Assembly (NCBI GenBank): GCA_964464935.1
Contig: CAYXKE010000007.1
Coordinates: 8,234 to 72,233, forward strand
Direction of reading: 5' to 3'
Origin: an uncultured Chryseobacterium sp.
GTDB lineage: Bacteria; Bacteroidota; Bacteroidia; Flavobacteriales_F; PHOS-HE28
Length of the DNA stretch: 64,000 bases
Under the pieces are notes generated by a model. It had not been told where the DNA came from. It saw only the letters and a program-made list of their open reading frames with translations, and ran no database searches. Positions within the stretch are counted from its first letter, which is position 1, and each line of letters begins with the position of its first letter. Of this stretch, positions 59,642 to 64,000 are shown one piece after another. The translations under genes and the position numbers were made by a program.

Positions 59642-60223
59642 TCAACCGATCCCTTGTGCGATGGCGTCGGCGTCGATGGCGGAACCCGCGCCGTGGAGCA
59701 GCACGCGGTCGCGGCCTTCGGTCTCGGCCCATTCCACGGTGACACGCTGGTCGGCGATGCTGTCGACCCAGCGGCCCACATGGTCGGGCTGCACGGGCAG
59801 CTCCCGGCTGAACCGGCGGTCGATGAGCACCAGCAGCTGCACCGAGGCGGGGCGGCCGAAGGCAAGCAGGGCATCGAGGCCGGCGCGGATGGTGCGCCCG
59901 GTGAAGAGCACGTCGTCCACCAGTACCACCCGCCGGCCCTCCAGGGAGAAGTCGAGCTGCGTGGTGCTGGGGGTGGGCGGCGTGGCCCGGTGGCGGAAGT
60001 CGTCGCGGTGGAAGGTGATGTCGAGCTCGCCATAGAGGAGCTCCTCACCGCCCAGGATGCGGCGCAGCTCGGCGCGCAGGCGGCGGGCCAGCAGCACCCC
60101 GCGGGGCTGCAGGCCGATCAGGGCCACGCCCGCCAGCCGATCATGGTCCTCGATGAGCTGATGGCAGAGGCGTTCAACGGTGAGCGCGAAGGCCCTGCCC
60201 GCGAGGATCTCCACCGTCCGCAT
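59642..60223 (-). CDS. pyrR: Bifunctional pyrimidine operon regulator / uracil phosphoribosyltransferase PyrR
   Basis: The ATG at 60223 gives VVLVDDVLFTGRTIRA (PRPP-binding motif) and LDITFHRDD. Lies 9 nt upstream of pyrB. Confidence 0.88.
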   Translation of the reverse strand: MRTVEILAGRAFALTVERLCHQLIEDHDRLAGVALIGLQPRGVLLARRLRAELRRILGGEELLYGELDITFHRDDFRHRATPPTPSTTQLDFSLEGRRVVLVDDVLFTGRTIRAGLDALLAFGRPASVQLLVLIDRRFSRELPVQPDHVGRWVDSIADQRVTVEWAETEGRDRVLLHGAGSAIDADAIAQGIG

Positions 60224-60361
60224 GGCGGCGAAGATAGCGGGAAGCGGCCCACGGTCCGGGACCGCCTGCTTCACGCAGCAGAACCGCACGGCCTCCTCCC
60301 CGCGCCCATCCAGCGGTCATCGTTCCGCCGGGCCTGGGCTGGGTGAAGCGCGGTAAAGCCG

Positions 60362-62812
60362 TCAGGCCACCTTCAGCGCGTTGGCCACCTTCTCCTTCAG
60401 CAGGGCGTGCTGCACCACCTCGATCATCTCGGTCACGTAGGTGAAGCGCATGCCCTTGGTATAGCGGGCATCGATGTCCTCGATGTCCTTGCGGTTGTCG
60501 GCGCTGAGCAGGATCTCCTTGATGCCGGCGCGTTTGGCGGCGAGGATCTTCTCCTTGATGCCGCCCACGGGGAGCACCCGTCCACGCAGGGTGATCTCGC
60601 CGGTCATGGCCACGTACTTGCGCACCTTCTGCTGGGTGAATGCGCTGGCGATGCTGGTGAGCATGGCGATGCCCGCGCTGGGACCGTCCTTGGGGGTGGC
60701 GCCCTCGGGCACGTGCACGTGCACGTTCCAGCGCTTGAACACCTCGGGATCGAGCCCGATGATGTTGCTGTGTGCCTTCAGGTACTCCAGGGCGATGACG
60801 GCGCTCTCCTTCATCACATCGCCGAGGTTGCCGGTGAGGGTGAGCTTTCCCTCGCCCTTGGTGATGCTGGTCTCGATGAAGAGGATGTCGCCGCCGGTGG
60901 GGGTCCAGGCCAGGCCGGTCACCACGCCGGCCACGTCGTTGCCTTGGTACTTGTCGCGGGCGTGGCTGGGGCCGTAGATCTTCACCAGGTCGTCCACCGT
61001 GATGGTGATGCTGTGCTTCTGTTTCAGGGCGATCTGCTTGGCGCGGTAGCGCACCAGCTTGGCGATGCGCTTCTCGAGCGAACGCACCCCGCTTTCATCG
61101 GTGTATTGGTCGATGATGGCTTCGAGCAGCCCCGGGCCCATCTTCAGTTGCTTGGGCTTGATGCCGTTCTCGGCGAACTGCTTGGGCAGGAGGTGGCGCT
61201 TGGCGATCTCCAGCTTCTCCTCCATGGTGTAGCCGTTCACCTCGATGATCTCCATCCGGTCGCGCAGGGCGGGATGGATGGTGCTGAGGCTGTTGGCCGT
61301 GGCCACGAACATCACGCGGCTCAGGTCGTAGTCGATGTCCACGAAGTTGTCGTGGAAGGCGCTGTTCTGCTCGGGGTCCAGCACCTCGAGCAGGGCGCTG
61401 GCGGGGTCGCCCTGGTGGTCGCGGCCCACCTTGTCGATCTCGTCGAGCACGAAGAGGGGGTTGCTGGTGCCGGCCTTCTTCAGGCTCTGGATGAGGCGGC
61501 CGGGCATGGCGCCGATGTAGGTCTTGCGGTGGCCGCGGATCTCGGCCTCATCGTGCAGGCCGCCCAGGCTCATGCGGATGTACTTGCGGCCCATGGCCTC
61601 GGCGATGCTCCTGCCCAGGCTGGTCTTGCCCACGCCGGGAGGCCCGTACAGGCAGATGATCGGTGCGCGCATGTCGCCCTTCAGCTTCAGCACGGCCAGG
61701 TGCTCGATGATGCGCTCCTTCACCTTCTCCATGCCGAAGTGGTCGCGGTCCAGGATGCGCTGTGCCCGCTTCAGGTCGAAGTTGTCCGCGGTGTATTCGC
61801 CCCAGGGCAGTTCCAGGAGCAGCTGCACGTAGTTGGACTGGATGCTGAACTCGGCGCCGGCGGGGTTCATGCGCTGCAGCTTGTTCAGCTCCTTCTCGAA
61901 GATGTCGGCCACCTTGCGCCCCCACTTCTTGGTGCGGGCTTTTTCGCGCATCTCCTCGATCTCCTGCTCGATGGGGTTGCCGCCCAGTTCGTCCTGGATG
62001 GTCTTCATCTGCTGGTGCAGGAAGTACTCGCGCTGCTGCCGGTCCACCTCGGTGCGCACCTTGCTCTGGATCTCGTTCTTCATCTGCAGCAGCTGCAGCT
62101 CCTTGGTGAGGTGGGCCAGGAGCATGTTGGCACGCTCGCGCAGGTCGGCCACTTCGAGCATCTTCTGCTTCTCGGCCACCTCCGCCTGCATGTTGCTGCT
62201 GATGAAGTTGACCAGGAACGAGGGCGAATCGATGTTCTTGATGGCGAACTGCGCCTCGGTGGGGATGTGGGGGCTCTGCTTGATGATCTCCGTGGCGAGG
62301 TCCTTCAGGGAGCTCACCAGCGCGAGGAAGCTCTCATCGTCCTTGGCCGGGCGCAACTCCTCGAACTCCTTCACCCGGGCGGTGAAGTAGGGTTCGGTGC
62401 GCACCATCTCCAGCACCTCGAAGCGTTTCTTGCCCTGGATGATGGCGGTGGTGCTGCCATCGGGCATGCGGAGCATGCGGATGATGGTGGCGATGGTGCC
62501 CACCCGGTTCAGGTCCTCCTGGTGCGGCTCCTCGATGTCGGCGTTCTTCTGGCTGACCACGCCCAGGGTCTTGCCACCGCGGTACACTTCCTGGATCAGG
62601 CGGATGCTGCGGTCGCGGCCCACGGTGATGGGGATCACCACCCCGGGAAAGAGCACGGTGTTGCGCAGGGGGAGGATGGGCAGCTCGGCGGGCGTACGCT
62701 CCGCGTTCATCTGCTCCTCGTCCTCGGCGGTGATGAGGGGGATGAGCTCGGTCTCGTTCTCGATGGCCTCTGAGCCGAGGAAGGCGTCCGACAGGAAGGA
62801 ATGATCGCTCAT
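60362..62812 (-). CDS. lon: Endopeptidase La (Lon protease)
   Basis: 816 aa. LON N-domain ([23 protein letters not shown]), AAA+ motif (GPPGVGKTS), and protease domain ([11 protein letters not shown]). Confidence 0.95.
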   Translation of the reverse strand: MSDHSFLSDAFLGSEAIENETELIPLITAEDEEQMNAERTPAELPILPLRNTVLFPGVVIPITVGRDRSIRLIQEVYRGGKTLGVVSQKNADIEEPHQEDLNRVGTIATIIRMLRMPDGSTTAIIQGKKRFEVLEMVRTEPYFTARVKEFEELRPAKDDESFLALVSSLKDLATEIIKQSPHIPTEAQFAIKNIDSPSFLVNFISSNMQAEVAEKQKMLEVADLRERANMLLAHLTKELQLLQMKNEIQSKVRTEVDRQQREYFLHQQMKTIQDELGGNPIEQEIEEMREKARTKKWGRKVADIFEKELNKLQRMNPAGAEFSIQSNYVQLLLELPWGEYTADNFDLKRAQRILDRDHFGMEKVKERIIEHLAVLKLKGDMRAPIICLYGPPGVGKTSLGRSIAEAMGRKYIRMSLGGLHDEAEIRGHRKTYIGAMPGRLIQSLKKAGTSNPLFVLDEIDKVGRDHQGDPASALLEVLDPEQNSAFHDNFVDIDYDLSRVMFVATANSLSTIHPALRDRMEIIEVNGYTMEEKLEIAKRHLLPKQFAENGIKPKQLKMGPGLLEAIIDQYTDESGVRSLEKRIAKLVRYRAKQIALKQKHSITITVDDLVKIYGPSHARDKYQGNDVAGVVTGLAWTPTGGDILFIETSITKGEGKLTLTGNLGDVMKESAVIALEYLKAHSNIIGLDPEVFKRWNVHVHVPEGATPKDGPSAGIAMLTSIASAFTQQKVRKYVAMTGEITLRGRVLPVGGIKEKILAAKRAGIKEILLSADNRKDIEDIDARYTKGMRFTYVTEMIEVVQHALLKEKVANALKVA

Positions 62813-62955
62813 GGAACGTGCGACGGAATGTCAGTGTAAAGTTACCGCATCAAGGAAGGCCCGGGGTGAACTCCCCCCCGCACGATGCGGGCCGGCAGAG
62901 GTCAAGTTCCGTGCCGTGGCAGGGAGCGGATGACAGATGTGCAGCGCCGGGGCGA

Positions 62956-64000
62956 TCACCGGCCTCCCGCACGCTCCAAGGCGAAGACGTGGCGCAGCAC
63001 GGCCTCGGCCGGCGGGCTCAGCACCACGTTGCGGCGCTCCATCACCCGCCGCGCGGTGAGGAGCGCGCGTTCGATGTCGCACACCGCATCATCGCTGCCG
63101 CCCCAGGCGAAGCCCGGCACATGCTTGGGCGGGAAGCCGCCCCCGAACACATTGGCCGCCACGCCCACCACCGTGCCCGTGTTGAACATGGTGTTGATGC
63201 CGCTCTTGGCGTGGTCGCCCATCACCAGGCCGCAGAACTGCAGGCCGGTGTCCACCAGGGCGCGTTCGGTATAGCTGTACACCTGCACCGGGCCATAGGT
63301 GTTCTTCAGGTTGCTGGTGTTGGTGTCGGCGCCCAGGTTGCACCACTCGCCCAGCACGCTGTTGCCCAGGAAGCCGTCGTGGCCCTTGTTGGAAAAGCCG
63401 ATCACCACGCTGTTGTTCACCTCGCCACCGATGCGGCACTCGGGGCCGATGGCGGTGGGACCGTAGATCTTGGCGCCCATCTTCAGCTGGCTGTGGTCGC
63501 CCAGCACGAAGGGGCCGCGCACCATGGCCCCTTCCATCACCTCGGCGTGGCGGCCGATATAGATGGGCCCGTTGGTGGTGTTGAGGATGCTGGCCTCCAC
63601 CACGGCGCCTTCCTCCAGGAACACCAGGCCGGGGTCGCCGATGATGGTGTTGTAGGTGCCGGGCGGCTGCGAGCGGCGGCCCTCGGTGAGCAGGGCAAAG
63701 TCCAGTGCGATGGCGCGGCCGGCGTACTGGAACAGGTGCCACGGCCGCTCAAATCGGATCACCTCGCCGGTGAAGGGCACGGCGGTGTAGGTGGCCGGGG
63801 GTATGCGCCAGTCCACCGCGGCGGGCGCGGTGCCATCGGTGTGGAAGGCCAGCACGCGCCCCTCATGCACGAGCATGTGGGCGGGCGGCAACTCCAGCAC
63901 GGCGCTCACCAGCTCATCGGTGGGGTACAGCGCGCCGTCCACCTCGCGGCAGGGGCCCTGGTGCAGCAGCGGGAACATGTCGGCCAGGTGGGCCTCGGTG
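62956..64000 (-). CDS. GlmU-family / putative sugar nucleotidyltransferase with left-handed beta-helix; partial, 5' end probably beyond the window
   Basis: Hexapeptide repeats (IYIGRHAEVMEGAMVRGPFVLGDHSQLKMGAKIYGPTAIGPECRIGGEVNNSVV). The frame stays open from 63978 to the window edge. Homologues as I recall them carry about 50 more N-terminal residues. Confidence 0.7.
   Translation of the reverse strand, partial: TEAHLADMFPLLHQGPCREVDGALYPTDELVSAVLELPPAHMLVHEGRVLAFHTDGTAPAAVDWRIPPATYTAVPFTGEVIRFERPWHLFQYAGRAIALDFALLTEGRRSQPPGTYNTIIGDPGLVFLEEGAVVEASILNTTNGPIYIGRHAEVMEGAMVRGPFVLGDHSQLKMGAKIYGPTAIGPECRIGGEVNNSVVIGFSNKGHDGFLGNSVLGEWCNLGADTNTSNLKNTYGPVQVYSYTERALVDTGLQFCGLVMGDHAKSGINTMFNTGTVVGVAANVFGGGFPPKHVPGFAWGGSDDAVCDIERALLTARRVMERRNVVLSPPAEAVLRHVFALERAGGR

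Noticed and set aside
60224-60361. PyrR-binding attenuator in the pyrR leader
   Set aside because: I saw no match to the Bacillus-type binding loop (A-R-U-C-C-A-G-A-G-A-G-G-Y-U), only weak 5-bp hairpins. Bacteroidota PyrR may not use this mechanism.
60407-62773. 788-aa plus-strand ORF opposite lon; similarly 39626..42037 (-) opposite porU and 48489..50105 / 46316..48880 (-) opposite the pdh/hutI genes
   Set aside because: All are antisense shadows with Gly/Ala/Val/His/Asp-rich junk. In each case the opposite strand encodes a recognisable protein.

Overview
This window is a visibly GC-rich stretch (about two-thirds G+C by eye, not computed) of a Bacteroidota-type chromosome. The phylum call rests on a compact type IX secretion / gliding core (gldJ, a PorP/SprF-family gene, porU, porV), three proteins with T9SS C-terminal sorting domains, and repeated TAnnTTTG-like promoter boxes. 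I call about 57 protein genes. Most are housekeeping: otsAB fusion, murB, murF, recG, guaB, aroC, ispF, cdd, pdhA plus E2, hutI, ftcD, pyrR-pyrB, lon, rnz. The first ~9.5 kb reads like a stress islet: a trehalose module, a PA0069-type radical SAM protein, several small proteins, DUF326, DJ-1/PfpI and a YghA-like SDR. I found no tRNA, rRNA, CRISPR array, transposase, integrase or recognisable defence genes. High GC produces many long antisense or out-of-frame ORFs in the track; I rejected these using protein plausibility and third-position GC. The track also starts ORFs at GTG and TTG, so several starts were moved to the first sensible ATG. I did not find one clear-cut novel system. The best candidates for a second look are: (1) a VTC-like polyphosphate-polymerase domain gene paired with a DUF4956 membrane gene; (2) a translationally coupled giant TPR protein and beta-barrel operon; (3) a DsrMK-like membrane Fe-S plus CCG-domain pair sitting with mlaD; (4) a 370-nt noncoding region with a 12-bp perfect GC hairpin and three GCGTGGCGG direct repeats, upstream of a small-protein operon; (5) promoter boxes only 3-8 nt from start codons, implying leaderless mRNAs, sometimes fused to the preceding gene's terminator; (6) an orphan LuxR-type response regulator with a promoter box and perfect palindrome in its leader; (7) a decayed orphan T9SS C-terminal domain that still has its terminator. 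All functional names come from reading the translated sequences, not from database searches.
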